A stretch of DNA of 64,000 bases, from assembly GCA_052168235.1 (NCBI GenBank), contig JBQLZK010000025.1, positions 25,594-89,593 of the forward strand. The letters run 5' to 3'. The notes under the pieces are model-generated. The model was not told where the DNA came from. It searched no databases and saw only the letters and a program-made list of their open reading frames with translations. Below, one piece after another: positions 1-8,711 of this stretch; the first letter of the stretch is position 1; every line of letters begins with the position of its first letter. A program made the position numbers and the translations under genes. Source of the DNA: Thainema sp. (GTDB lineage Bacteria > Cyanobacteriota > Cyanobacteriia > Phormidesmidales > Phormidesmidaceae).

Positions 1-101
1 TCTGCAACCGCGAGAGTTAGGAACAGATCTGGATGAGACTACTGTAGTGAACTGCTGTAGTTCATCCAGTTTGTCCCGATTTGCCCCAACATGAAACGCC
101 A

Positions 102-704
102 ATGAAATCGACACTCACACACACAATTTGCCCCGTTCGGACAGCTGCGATCGCAGAACGAGAACGGATTATTTCAACACTCGTGCTGGCCTTTAATACC
201 GATCCGGCCAACCGCTGGCTATTCCCCGATCCGTACCGATACTTGACCTATTTTCCCCAGTTCGTGCAGGCATTTGGCGGGAAAGCGTTTGAATGTCACA
301 CGGTTTACTGTAGTGAAAATTATTCTGGTGCAGCCCTGTGGATTCCGCCTGGAGTTGAACCCGATCCTCAGCCTGTCTTTGACGTGATTCAGCGTAGCGT
401 TGCACCAGCCGATTTGAGCGATGTCTTTGCAGTGTTCGAACAAATCGAGCACTACCACCCTAAGTTTCCCCACTGGTATCTGCCGTTTATTGGCGTGGAG
501 CCAGCTCAGCAGGGCAAGGGTTATGGTTCGGTGCTCTTGCAGCCCGTTTTGGAACAGTGCGATCGCAACTGCATTCCCGCTTATTTAGAATCCTCAAATT
601 CAGCGAATATTCCGTTTTATGAGCGCCACGGATTTCAGTTACTTGGCACCATCCAGGCTGGAGCATCGGCCTCAATTTTTCCAATGATCCGTCAGCCCCA
701 ATAA
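102..704 (+). CDS. GNAT family N-acetyltransferase (puromycin acetyltransferase-like)
   Basis: HWYLPFIGVEPAQQGKGYGS acetyl-CoA motif A; AYLESS..NIPFYERHGF C-terminal motif; ATG at 102 preferred over TTG at 81. Confidence 0.9.
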   Translation: MKSTLTHTICPVRTAAIAERERIISTLVLAFNTDPANRWLFPDPYRYLTYFPQFVQAFGGKAFECHTVYCSENYSGAALWIPPGVEPDPQPVFDVIQRSVAPADLSDVFAVFEQIEHYHPKFPHWYLPFIGVEPAQQGKGYGSVLLQPVLEQCDRNCIPAYLESSNSANIPFYERHGFQLLGTIQAGASASIFPMIRQPQ

Positions 705-736
705 CGACCTTATTAGCCCCCGATTAGGAACACATC

Positions 737-1720
737 ATGTCTAAGTACAGAAATAATTTGCCCCAGCTTTCTAATGATCTATTCATCACCGATGGTGGTC
801 TTGAAACGACGCTGATTTTTCATGAAGGGCTTGATTTACCAGAGTTTGCCGCTTTCGATTTATTGAAAAGTCAGTCGGGTTATCAAGCTTTGCAGAACTA
901 CTTTCGCACCTATGCCGCTCTTGCGCATACATACAATGTTGGACTGATTTTAGAAAGCGCCACCTGGCGAGCCAATGCGGATTGGGGAACCAAACTGGGT
1001 TACTCCAACTACACCTTAGAAGAAGCCAATCATCAGGCCATTGAGATGCTTCACGTCATTCGCAACCAGTATGAAACAGAGCAGAGCAAGATGGTGATTA
1101 GCGGCTGCATTGGTCCCCGTGGTGATGGCTACGTTCCGGCAACGGCCATGACGATTCCAGAAGCTACAGCCTATCACCAAACGCAAGTTGAAATTTTTTG
1201 GGAAGCTAATGCCGACCTAGTGACAGCCATTACGATGAATTACGTTGAGGAAGCGATCGGGGTTGCTCGGGCTGCCCAAGCGATGGAAATGCCCGTGGTA
1301 ATCTCGTTTACGGTTGAAACTGATGGGAAGTTACCCACAGGGCAAAGTCTGCAATCTGCGATCGCACAGGTTGATCAAGCCACGGATAGCTATCCGGCTT
1401 ACTACATGATCAACTGCGCCCATCCTACCCATTTTGCTGATGTGCTAGTGGAGGACGAACTGTGGCTGGATCGGATTCGGGGTCTGCGGGCTAATGCGTC
1501 TACTCGGAGTCATGCTGAGCTGGATGAAGCTGAAAATTTGGATGATGGCAATCCCGTCGAGCTTGGCCGTCAGTATCGCGAATTGAAAAGCAAGTTGAAG
1601 CGGTTGAATGTGCTAGGTGGCTGCTGCGGTACTGATCACCGCCATGTGGAAGCAATTTGCCAAGCCTGCTTACCCGTTCTCTGGGCGCACACCTCGTCGC
1701 GCTTGCCCGTTTCTATGTAG
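737..1720 (+). CDS. Homocysteine S-methyltransferase family protein
   Basis: DGGLETTL N-terminus, GCIGPRGDGY, MINCAHP and GGCCGT Zn-binding motifs; AGGA RBS. Confidence 0.92.
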   Translation: MSKYRNNLPQLSNDLFITDGGLETTLIFHEGLDLPEFAAFDLLKSQSGYQALQNYFRTYAALAHTYNVGLILESATWRANADWGTKLGYSNYTLEEANHQAIEMLHVIRNQYETEQSKMVISGCIGPRGDGYVPATAMTIPEATAYHQTQVEIFWEANADLVTAITMNYVEEAIGVARAAQAMEMPVVISFTVETDGKLPTGQSLQSAIAQVDQATDSYPAYYMINCAHPTHFADVLVEDELWLDRIRGLRANASTRSHAELDEAENLDDGNPVELGRQYRELKSKLKRLNVLGGCCGTDHRHVEAICQACLPVLWAHTSSRLPVSM

Positions 1721-1761
1721 TTAAGGACTGTGAATTAAATAGCCTGCCAATCATTCCATCC

Positions 1762-1790
1762 GTAGGGACACGGCATTGCCGTGTCCCTAC
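1762..1790. repeat. GTAG-type REP-like palindrome
   Basis: GTAGGGACACGGCA-T-TGCCGTGTCCCTAC, perfect 14-bp arms. Confidence 0.85.
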
Positions 1791-1845
1791 CCAAACGATT
1801 TCATCTTATTAAATCCGCGTTCCTAAGCGAGTTCAAACAAGAAAC

Positions 1846-1873
1846 AGCCCGGTCTACCAAAATAGATCGGGCT
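1846..1873. terminator. Possible terminator hairpin
   Basis: AGCCCGGTCTA-ccaaaa-TAGATCGGGCT downstream of the methyltransferase gene; no clear U tract. Confidence 0.4.
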
Positions 1874-2086
1874 ACGATGATTGACTTGAACTTCTACCTC
1901 TGCTTTTAATATGCCTCGGCTGAATCGAGGAATTTCTACGCCACTTGACTGAACTGAGCGTTATAAATGCGCAATGCTACCCAGTTGGAAGGCAAACTCT
2001 ACCTTGGTTAGATTTCAGGTTTATCTGCAATTCGGTACGTATGGGGATATAGCAATTGCATTCAATGCAGTAATTACCCAAAAAAC

Positions 2087-2533
2087 ATGAAACACGTTAA
2101 GCCAATCAATGATCAGCTTGCTATTGCAGATAATCAGCCTGATGCCGCAGAACTTCAGCGAGCTGCTGAGGCTGGATTTCAGTCGGTGATGAATTTGCGA
2201 TCGCATAATGAATCTGGCGTCCTAGACGATGAAGCACAGCAGGCGGAAGTAGCGGGTTTGGCATACGTGAATATTCCTGTAAAGCCAGATGCCATCAGCG
2301 ATGAGCAGGTGGAGCAACTGATGCAGCAAATTGACGAGTTGCCCAAGCCTGCCCTGATTCACTGCAAGAGTGGTGTGCGATCGGGACTGATCGCGTTAAT
2401 GTACGCTGCGATTCGGCAACAGATGGGGGTTGATCAAGCTCTGGATCTGGCTCAGCAAAAAGGGTTTGACTTCAGCGACCATCCTAAAATGCAGCAAATT
2501 TTTGAACAGCAAGTGGCTGCTCATGCTGCATAG
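2087..2533 (+). CDS. DUF442 / beta-lactamase-hydrolase-associated phosphatase-fold protein (putative sulfurtransferase)
   Basis: GFQSVMNLR and PALIHCKSGVRS (C-x4-R loop); 148 aa. Confidence 0.85.
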   Translation: MKHVKPINDQLAIADNQPDAAELQRAAEAGFQSVMNLRSHNESGVLDDEAQQAEVAGLAYVNIPVKPDAISDEQVEQLMQQIDELPKPALIHCKSGVRSGLIALMYAAIRQQMGVDQALDLAQQKGFDFSDHPKMQQIFEQQVAAHAA

Positions 2534-2584
2534 ATAGCCATAATCGCTACGCCAGCTAAACTCTCGGTTTACAAGGCCATCAAG

Positions 2585-2815
2585 TGATTTTGCCGCCGTG
2601 CGGCGGCGGTTTAGCGTAGCTATATGATCCCCCACTGTCGCCGCCCCCTTGAAAAGGGGGCTATGCCAACTCTGACTCAAAGTTCCCCTTTTTCTAAGCG
2701 AAGCCATGCTCGAAGGGCTATAGGGGGATTTAAGGGGGATCTATGCAGAGTGTTGCGCTAAGCAAGTACGCCGCCGCCGCAAAATCGCCTCTTGGGTTTT
2801 AGTGCGAGATGTGAG
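2585..2815. mobile_element. Nested MITE-like / short dispersed repeat composite
   Basis: Outer end GTGCGAGATGTGAG (family of 8605 and 35583); inner TTAGCG...CGCTAA element with GATCCCCC...GGGGGATC core (family of 33507); short third insert. Confidence 0.65.
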
Positions 2816-2849
2816 CTAAATTCAAGGTGATTGAATTAGGCTAAACAAC

Positions 2850-4403
2850 GTGCAAAACGGCTGGGATCGGGAAACGGATGTTGTCGTCATTGGCAGCGGC
2901 ATTGGCGGACTGTGCTGTGCGGCACTGCTGGCGCATTACGGCTTGCGGGTAATTGTCTGTGAAAGCCACTCCATTGCAGGTGGAGCCGCGCATGGCTTTG
3001 AGCGCAACGGTTTCAAGTTCGACTCTGGCCCGTCTCTTTACTCTGGCCTGTCCAGTTTTCCCTCGCCCAATCCGCTCAAGCAGGTACTCGATGCGATCTC
3101 AGTTGAGCTACCTTGTAAAACCTATGATACGTGGGGCTGTTGGTTGTCGGAAGGGCATTTCAACACTTCTGTGGGAGCCGATCAGTTTTGTGAGATTTTG
3201 CAGCAACTGCGGGGAAATCAAGCTGTAGCCGAATGGCGCGAGCTTCAGCGGGTGATGGAGCCACTGAAAGAAGCTGCGATCGCAATTCCTCCGGCAGCGA
3301 TTCGGCTGGATCTGGGCGCAATTCAGACAGCGGGACGCTATGCGCCTAGTTTGCTCAAGCATATCGGTCAGGTCGTAAAACTAACCGGGCCATTCAGCCG
3401 GATTATAGATGGCGTGGTGCGTGACCCGTTTGTGCGGCACTGGCTAGATTTGCTCTGTTTTCTGCTGTCAGGATTGCCAGCAGACGGCACGAGTGCGGCG
3501 GAAATGGCCTTTATGTTTGCCGATTGGTATCGTCCTAATGTGGCGTTAGACTATCCGATTGGCGGCAGCGAGGCCCTGGTGAATGCCTTGGTGCATGGTC
3601 TGACGCGAGACGGGGGAGAACTGTGGCTGCGATCGCATGTCGATGAAATTATTGTTGAGCAGCAGCAAGCGATGGGAGTACAGTTGCGGAACGGTAAGCG
3701 AATTCGCGCCCAAGCTGCCGTGATTTCCAATGCGTCTGTCTGGGATACGCTGAAGCTGATTCCAGTCGGCAGGATTCCGCGATCGCTCCAGCAGCGGCAA
3801 TCGATGCCCCAGTGCCACAGCTTCATGCACCTGCATTTGGGCATTGATGCGACAAGACTTCCCGCTGATTTGCCCTGTCATCACATCTACGTAAAAGACT
3901 GGCAGCAGGGGGTTGATGCGCCGCAAAACGTGGTGCTGATTTCGATTCCGTCGCTGATTGACCCGTCACTGGCACCCGCTGGTAAGCACACGATCCATGT
4001 CTACACACCTGGGAATGAACCCTATGAGCTTTGGCAAGGGCTAGATCGACAGAGCGCCGCCTATCAAGAACTGAAGCAAACTCGCTCGGCTATCATGTGG
4101 CAAGCCCTGGAGCAGGTGATTCCCGATATTCGACAGCGCTGTGAGGTGACGCTAGTGGGGACGCCGCTCACCCATGAGCGATTTCTCAGGCGCGATCGCG
4201 GTTCATACGGGCCAGCGATTCGGGCGGGCGAGGCACTGTTTCCGGGTGCCAAGACGGATATTGCGGGGCTGCTCTGCTGTGGCGATTCGACCTTTCCCGG
4301 TATTGGTCTACCTGCCGTTGCGGCCAGCGGTATGATGGCTGCACATTCGCTAGTACCTGTTGTGCAACAGGTTGACATGCTCAAGCGGATTGGCTGTCTG
4401 TAG
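2850..4403 (+). CDS. Phytoene dehydrogenase / carotenoid isomerase-like FAD oxidoreductase (COG1233)
   Basis: VVVIGSGIGG FAD motif, FDSGPSL, GTPLTHERF, CGDSTFPGIGLPAVAASG. Confidence 0.85.
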   Translation: MQNGWDRETDVVVIGSGIGGLCCAALLAHYGLRVIVCESHSIAGGAAHGFERNGFKFDSGPSLYSGLSSFPSPNPLKQVLDAISVELPCKTYDTWGCWLSEGHFNTSVGADQFCEILQQLRGNQAVAEWRELQRVMEPLKEAAIAIPPAAIRLDLGAIQTAGRYAPSLLKHIGQVVKLTGPFSRIIDGVVRDPFVRHWLDLLCFLLSGLPADGTSAAEMAFMFADWYRPNVALDYPIGGSEALVNALVHGLTRDGGELWLRSHVDEIIVEQQQAMGVQLRNGKRIRAQAAVISNASVWDTLKLIPVGRIPRSLQQRQSMPQCHSFMHLHLGIDATRLPADLPCHHIYVKDWQQGVDAPQNVVLISIPSLIDPSLAPAGKHTIHVYTPGNEPYELWQGLDRQSAAYQELKQTRSAIMWQALEQVIPDIRQRCEVTLVGTPLTHERFLRRDRGSYGPAIRAGEALFPGAKTDIAGLLCCGDSTFPGIGLPAVAASGMMAAHSLVPVVQQVDMLKRIGCL

Positions 4404-4480
4404 GGTAGCAACTACCCGCTTCAGGTTTTGGTGCAAGAATGGACTTGAGTTTACCCGTTGCCCATTCAGCAGCCTAATTT

Positions 4481-6577
4481 ATGCTCCTATCTACGATCAC
4501 TATTGTTGAGCATCTGCACGGAGAGCCGATCGTCGCCTTTGCCGTTCTGTTAGCCGTGATTCTAATTGTTCCGATTCTGGTTGAGCGGCTGCGGCTACCG
4601 GGACTGGTGGGTCTGCTGATTGCGGGAATTGTATTGGGGCCATTCGGCCTGAATCTGCTGAATACCGAAGATCCCGTGATGCAGCTCCTGTCCGATATTG
4701 GCTTGCTCTACTTGATGTTTGTGGCGGGTCTGGAAATCGACATGGACGAGTTCCAGAAGATGAAGTATCGCGCCGCTGGATTCGGGATGTTGACCTTTGC
4801 CCTGCCGTTAATCGCAGGGACGGGTCTGGGATTAGCCATTGGCTTTCCGGTCGTCAGCGCCGTGCTGCTGGGTTCACTGCTGGCGTCCCATAGCCTGCTC
4901 ACCTATCCCATTGTCAGCCAGTATGAGGTGACGCGGAATCCAGCGGTGATTACCACCCTGGGCGCGACGATTTTTACCGACATCTCAGCCCTGATTGTGC
5001 TGGCCATCTGCATCAATGTTGGTGCTGGCGACTTCACGTTGTTGAGCTTGGGGCTATTGCTGGTCGGTTTGGCTATCTATGCGCTGGTGATTCTGGTCGG
5101 CTTTGATCGGCTGGGGAAAGCGTTCTTTCGCCAATCGGGCGACAATCAGGGCAACCAGTTTCTGTTTATTCTGCTGGTCGTGTTTCTGGCGGCAATTGGC
5201 GCGGAGGTTATTGGGGTCGAAAAGATTGTGGGAGCCTTTTTGGCCGGACTGGCCGTCAATGATGTGGTCGGTAACAGTCTGGTAAAAGAAAAAATTGTCT
5301 TCGTCGGTCGTGTCCTCTTCATCCCCATCTTTTTTATCGATATCGGCTTACTGATTGATGTGCCTGCTTTCTTTGGCAGCGTTAGAGCTTTGGGTATTTC
5401 CGTCAGCATCGTAACGGCCCTGCTACTGAGCAAATTCCTAGCCGCGTTCTTTGCCCAGCGGCTCTATGGATTTCGGCGCATCGAAATGCTGACTATGTGG
5501 GGCATGAGCATTCCTCAAGTTGCGACAACCCTGGCAGCGGCGCTAGTGGGGCATCAGGCTGGGCTGCTGAGTGATGATGTACTCAATGCTGTAGTGGTGA
5601 TGATGCTGGTTACGTCTCTGCTGGGGCCGCTGGTGGTGAAACAAACTGCCCGCTCGCTGCCGCTGCCGGAGGAGGTGCTCGTGCCGGAAGCGCCGCCTGA
5701 TTCGGATTGGCAACGAACGTCTAGCCAATCCTTTACGGTGCTGGTACCTGTGTATAATCCCAAGACTGAGCAGGGTTTGCTAGAAATTGCAGCTCTGCTG
5801 GCCGAGCAGCGAGGTGGGGTGATTAAACCACTTGCGATCGCAAATGCTCAGTCCCAACTGGATTCGCCCCGCATGAACCGCATTTTTCGCCAGGGGGAAG
5901 CGCTGCTGGCTAATGCGACTGAGATTGGTGCAGCGCTCAATGTGCCTGTAGAACCGCTTTTGCGGATTGACCATAATGTTGCCGAGGGCATTAGCCGCGC
6001 CGCACGGGAGCAAAAAGCTAATCTAATCATCATGGGCTGGAGTGAGCAGAGCGGCATCAAAGCTCGACTGTTCGGCACGCTGATTGACGATGTGCTCTGG
6101 TCTGCCCACTGTCCACTTGCCATTATCCGCCTCCGGATGCCGCCGCGCCAGATGGCGAGTATGCTCGTTCCCATCAAGCAGTTTACGGCAGCAGAAGCTT
6201 ACAAAGTACAGCTTGCCCTCGCCCTCGCCCAGCCGCAGAAAGCCCGCGTTACGCTGCTGCATATCACGTCCCATCAGCCTTCTGCCCATCGCGCGGAATG
6301 GCTCAACCAGCGCATGAGAACCTTGGCGGGAGATGTGGCTCCCGATATCGAAATCATTCCCAAAATTCTGGATCAGGTCGATGCCGCCCAAGGAATTCTG
6401 CACGAATCCCAGTTTCACGATTTAGTCATCATGCGCACCTATCGTCGCCGCAGCCGCACCGGAGATTTGAACATTAGCAGTCTATCTAGTCAGGTTGCTC
6501 AACAGCTCGGTTGTTCACTGATTCTGCTCGGAGAGCCGCACTCTAACTGGTTCAACAGCGATCAGGCTGCTCAATAA
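4481..6577 (+). CDS. CPA2 cation:proton antiporter with C-terminal USP-like domains (NhaS5-like)
   Basis: About 12 TM helices, GLLYLMFVAGLE, TD motif, IVGAFLAGL; C-terminal LVPVYNP and LIIMGW USP folds. Confidence 0.88.
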   Translation: MLLSTITIVEHLHGEPIVAFAVLLAVILIVPILVERLRLPGLVGLLIAGIVLGPFGLNLLNTEDPVMQLLSDIGLLYLMFVAGLEIDMDEFQKMKYRAAGFGMLTFALPLIAGTGLGLAIGFPVVSAVLLGSLLASHSLLTYPIVSQYEVTRNPAVITTLGATIFTDISALIVLAICINVGAGDFTLLSLGLLLVGLAIYALVILVGFDRLGKAFFRQSGDNQGNQFLFILLVVFLAAIGAEVIGVEKIVGAFLAGLAVNDVVGNSLVKEKIVFVGRVLFIPIFFIDIGLLIDVPAFFGSVRALGISVSIVTALLLSKFLAAFFAQRLYGFRRIEMLTMWGMSIPQVATTLAAALVGHQAGLLSDDVLNAVVVMMLVTSLLGPLVVKQTARSLPLPEEVLVPEAPPDSDWQRTSSQSFTVLVPVYNPKTEQGLLEIAALLAEQRGGVIKPLAIANAQSQLDSPRMNRIFRQGEALLANATEIGAALNVPVEPLLRIDHNVAEGISRAAREQKANLIIMGWSEQSGIKARLFGTLIDDVLWSAHCPLAIIRLRMPPRQMASMLVPIKQFTAAEAYKVQLALALAQPQKARVTLLHITSHQPSAHRAEWLNQRMRTLAGDVAPDIEIIPKILDQVDAAQGILHESQFHDLVIMRTYRRRSRTGDLNISSLSSQVAQQLGCSLILLGEPHSNWFNSDQAAQ

Positions 6578-6645
6578 GTTATTCAGCGCAATTGATTGCG
6601 ATCGCAATATTGTCGCTACATATTGACTCTCAACGTCGATATTGC

Positions 6646-6673
6646 GTAGGGGCGAATGGCCATTCGCCCCTAC
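6646..6673. repeat. GTAG-type REP-like perfect palindrome
   Basis: GTAGGGGCGAATGG-CCATTCGCCCCTAC (28 bp); related copies at 8396 and 11065. Confidence 0.85.
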
Positions 6674-6845
6674 CAGATTGAACAAATACAGAAACTCTTA
6701 TCGGAATTTTGACATTTATTGATTATGTTAGTGGATAACGAGGGCATCAGAACAATCTAGAAAATTCCAATCTTGGCTGATTGTGAACTTACTGGATTGC
6801 TGATTCTTTCGCTCCTTACACTGCTTAATCTTCACATGAAATGTG

Positions 6846-6887
6846 GCGGCCTACGTCAAGGGGGCTTGATGACGGGCCGCTTTTTTT
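6846..6887 (+). terminator. Intrinsic terminator-like hairpin plus T7
   Basis: GCGGCC..GTCAAG gggg CTTGAT..GGCCGC followed by TTTTTTT. Confidence 0.65.
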
Positions 6888-6914
6888 ATTGCAGATGAAT
6901 TGACGAGGTTAGTT

Positions 6915-7283
6915 ATGAATCGACTCATTCTTCAAGCAATTCAGATTGCAGCAATTATGGCAATTATTGTTGGTTTTCCCCTTTCTAGAAAAGGAAACAG
7001 CCTTGAGGTAGATGGTAGCTATTTGCAGGAATATATGAACACGGATTCAGTTCCGACCTTGGCACCTGGCGTCATGGGTGAATCAACTGCAGATATTCAG
7101 CGCTTCCTGGCTCAAACTGGCGACTATACGGCTCCCATAGACGGCATCTATGGGACGGAGTCGGCGCAAGCTGTAGCGCGATTTCAAGCTCGCAACGGTT
7201 TGGAATCAGACGGAATTGTTGGCATCAAAACGTGGAAGACGATTATTGAGATTTCTACCCGTTCAGGAGAAATTTATTCCTAG
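6915..7283 (+). CDS. Peptidoglycan-binding domain protein with N-terminal signal or anchor
   Basis: IQRFL..IDGIYG..AVARFQARNGLESDGIVGIKTW (PG_binding_1 pattern); hydrophobic N-terminus; GAGG RBS. Confidence 0.85.
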   Translation: MNRLILQAIQIAAIMAIIVGFPLSRKGNSLEVDGSYLQEYMNTDSVPTLAPGVMGESTADIQRFLAQTGDYTAPIDGIYGTESAQAVARFQARNGLESDGIVGIKTWKTIIEISTRSGEIYS

Positions 7284-7500
7284 TATCCCAACCTTGTTGT
7301 TAGTACCTCTTTTGGCTTCTAGCTGATCTGCAAATCTGCCTATTGGCTTCTGTCTTAAACCTGATGTGTTTCTGAATAAAAAAGAATAGTGTTTAGACAT
7401 AGCTTATTGACTTGCGATCGCTACATATTTGTTTACCCACTATTTAGCTAATCGCACCAGTAAAAATAGCAAATTTCTGTTTCGTAAAAGGTTTTAATTC

Positions 7501-8319
7501 ATGGACAATCATAAAAATGCTAAAGGTAATCCTGACGCTAATCCCGATCCAATTACAGGCCAGCCGGGTGCTCATCCAGTTGGTACAGGAGTAGGTGCTG
7601 CTAGTGTTGGAGCCGTTGGCACAGCTATTGGCGCAGTTGTTGGTGGCCCGGTTGGTGCAGTCGCTGGTGCTTTTATCGGTTCGATTGCAGGCGGCCTAGC
7701 TGGAAAGGGCGTGGCTGAACAGCTCGATCCCACCGTTGAGGACGAATACTGGCGCAACAACTATCGGTCGCGTTCCTATGTGGACTCGGATTATGATTAC
7801 GATCGGGACTATTCCCATGCCTATCGAACCGGGTATGAAGGCTACTCAAACTACACTGGGCGCGGTTTAAACTATTCTCAGGCAGAGCCTCATCTGCGGG
7901 AAGATTATGAGAAACGGCGCAACAGCAACAAAAGTAGCCTCGCTTGGGATAAGGCCAAATACGCTACTCAGGATGCCTGGAATCGCGCCCAAGGTTCCAT
8001 TCAGAGCTATCACACCAATGATGACTACTGGCGCAACAATTATCAATCTCGGCCCTATATTGATCCGAGACATGACTACGACTATTACGCGCCAGCTTAC
8101 CGCATGGGCTACAACAGCTATGCCCTTTATGGTCTCAATCGGGGGATGTCCTACGAACAAGTTGAACCCCAAATTCGCTCTGAGTATGAGCGGAACCATG
8201 CACATCACGGTCTAGCTTGGGAAAAAGCGAAGTTTGCAGTTCGAGATGCCTGGGATCGTGTTCAGGATACGGTGTCTGGAGATAATCACCAGCGTAGCCA
8301 TCACCGCTCAACCTACTAG
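7501..8319 (+). CDS. Glycine-zipper protein with tandem-duplicated Tyr/Trp-rich domain, function unknown
   Basis: DANPDPITGQPGAHPVGTGVGA, GxxxG zipper, two YWRNNY..AYR.GY..WxKAK.A..DAW repeats. Confidence 0.8.
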   Translation: MDNHKNAKGNPDANPDPITGQPGAHPVGTGVGAASVGAVGTAIGAVVGGPVGAVAGAFIGSIAGGLAGKGVAEQLDPTVEDEYWRNNYRSRSYVDSDYDYDRDYSHAYRTGYEGYSNYTGRGLNYSQAEPHLREDYEKRRNSNKSSLAWDKAKYATQDAWNRAQGSIQSYHTNDDYWRNNYQSRPYIDPRHDYDYYAPAYRMGYNSYALYGLNRGMSYEQVEPQIRSEYERNHAHHGLAWEKAKFAVRDAWDRVQDTVSGDNHQRSHHRSTY

Positions 8320-8395
8320 TACTTAGTACAGCTTCTGGTACAGGCTTCAGCACAAGTTTGGTGAATCGCTTTAGATAATAACTCTGCGTGCCTTT

Positions 8396-8420
8396 GGGGC
8401 GAATGGCTACCATTCGCCCC
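8396..8420. repeat. REP-like palindrome (6646 family)
   Basis: GGGGCGAATGG-cta-CCATTCGCCCC. Confidence 0.75.
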
Positions 8421-8514
8421 TTCTGTCGTTCAAAGATTAGTTGATTTTCGGCAACAGTCTTCGGGTTACATTTTGCGATTTCATGATCTGCGATCGCACT
8501 TTATAGCAGCCTTA

Positions 8515-8565
8515 AGTTGATGATGAACAGGTTGCCCCAGCGGGGCAACCTGTTCATCATCAACT
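8515..8565. repeat. Long perfect inverted repeat (24-bp arms)
   Basis: AGTTGATGATGAACAGGTTGCCCC-agc-GGGGCAACCTGTTCATCATCAACT, flanked by TATAGC and GCTAT. Confidence 0.85.
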
Positions 8566-8604
8566 CAGTTCACTAGCTATTCAGTAGAGCTATAGTAGGA
8601 AGTA

Positions 8605-8662
8605 CTGACATCTTGCACTTTGCACTTTGGGAACCCTTTTGGGTTTTGGGGCAAAATGTGAG
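8605..8662. mobile_element. MITE-like element, CT(C/G)ACATCTTGCAC family
   Basis: CTGACATCTTGCAC ... GGGCAAAATGTGAG imperfect terminal inverted repeats. Confidence 0.6.
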
Positions 8663-8711
8663 AAATAACCAGCGGGCAGTACAGCAATAGGGGATAGGGG
8701 AGGTATCGGGT

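Noticed and set aside
1..80. SAM riboswitch upstream of the GNAT and homocysteine methyltransferase genes
   Set aside because: GCAACC and an imperfect hairpin are present, but the GGTGC and other SAM-I core elements are missing and the region is cut by the window edge
1985..2030. c-di-GMP-I riboswitch (GGCAAAC seed)
   Set aside because: No GAAA tetraloop or CGCAAA junction follows
2396..2707. 103-aa minus-strand ORF
   Set aside because: Overlaps the DUF442 gene antisense and runs through nested repeats
2850..4403. Assigning crtH or crtI
   Set aside because: Family is clear, but orthology among several cyanobacterial paralogues cannot be decided by eye
6811..6821. Canonical Yfr1 sRNA
   Set aside because: Two mismatches in the core motif and not in the usual guaB-trxA context; kept only as a generic sRNA candidate
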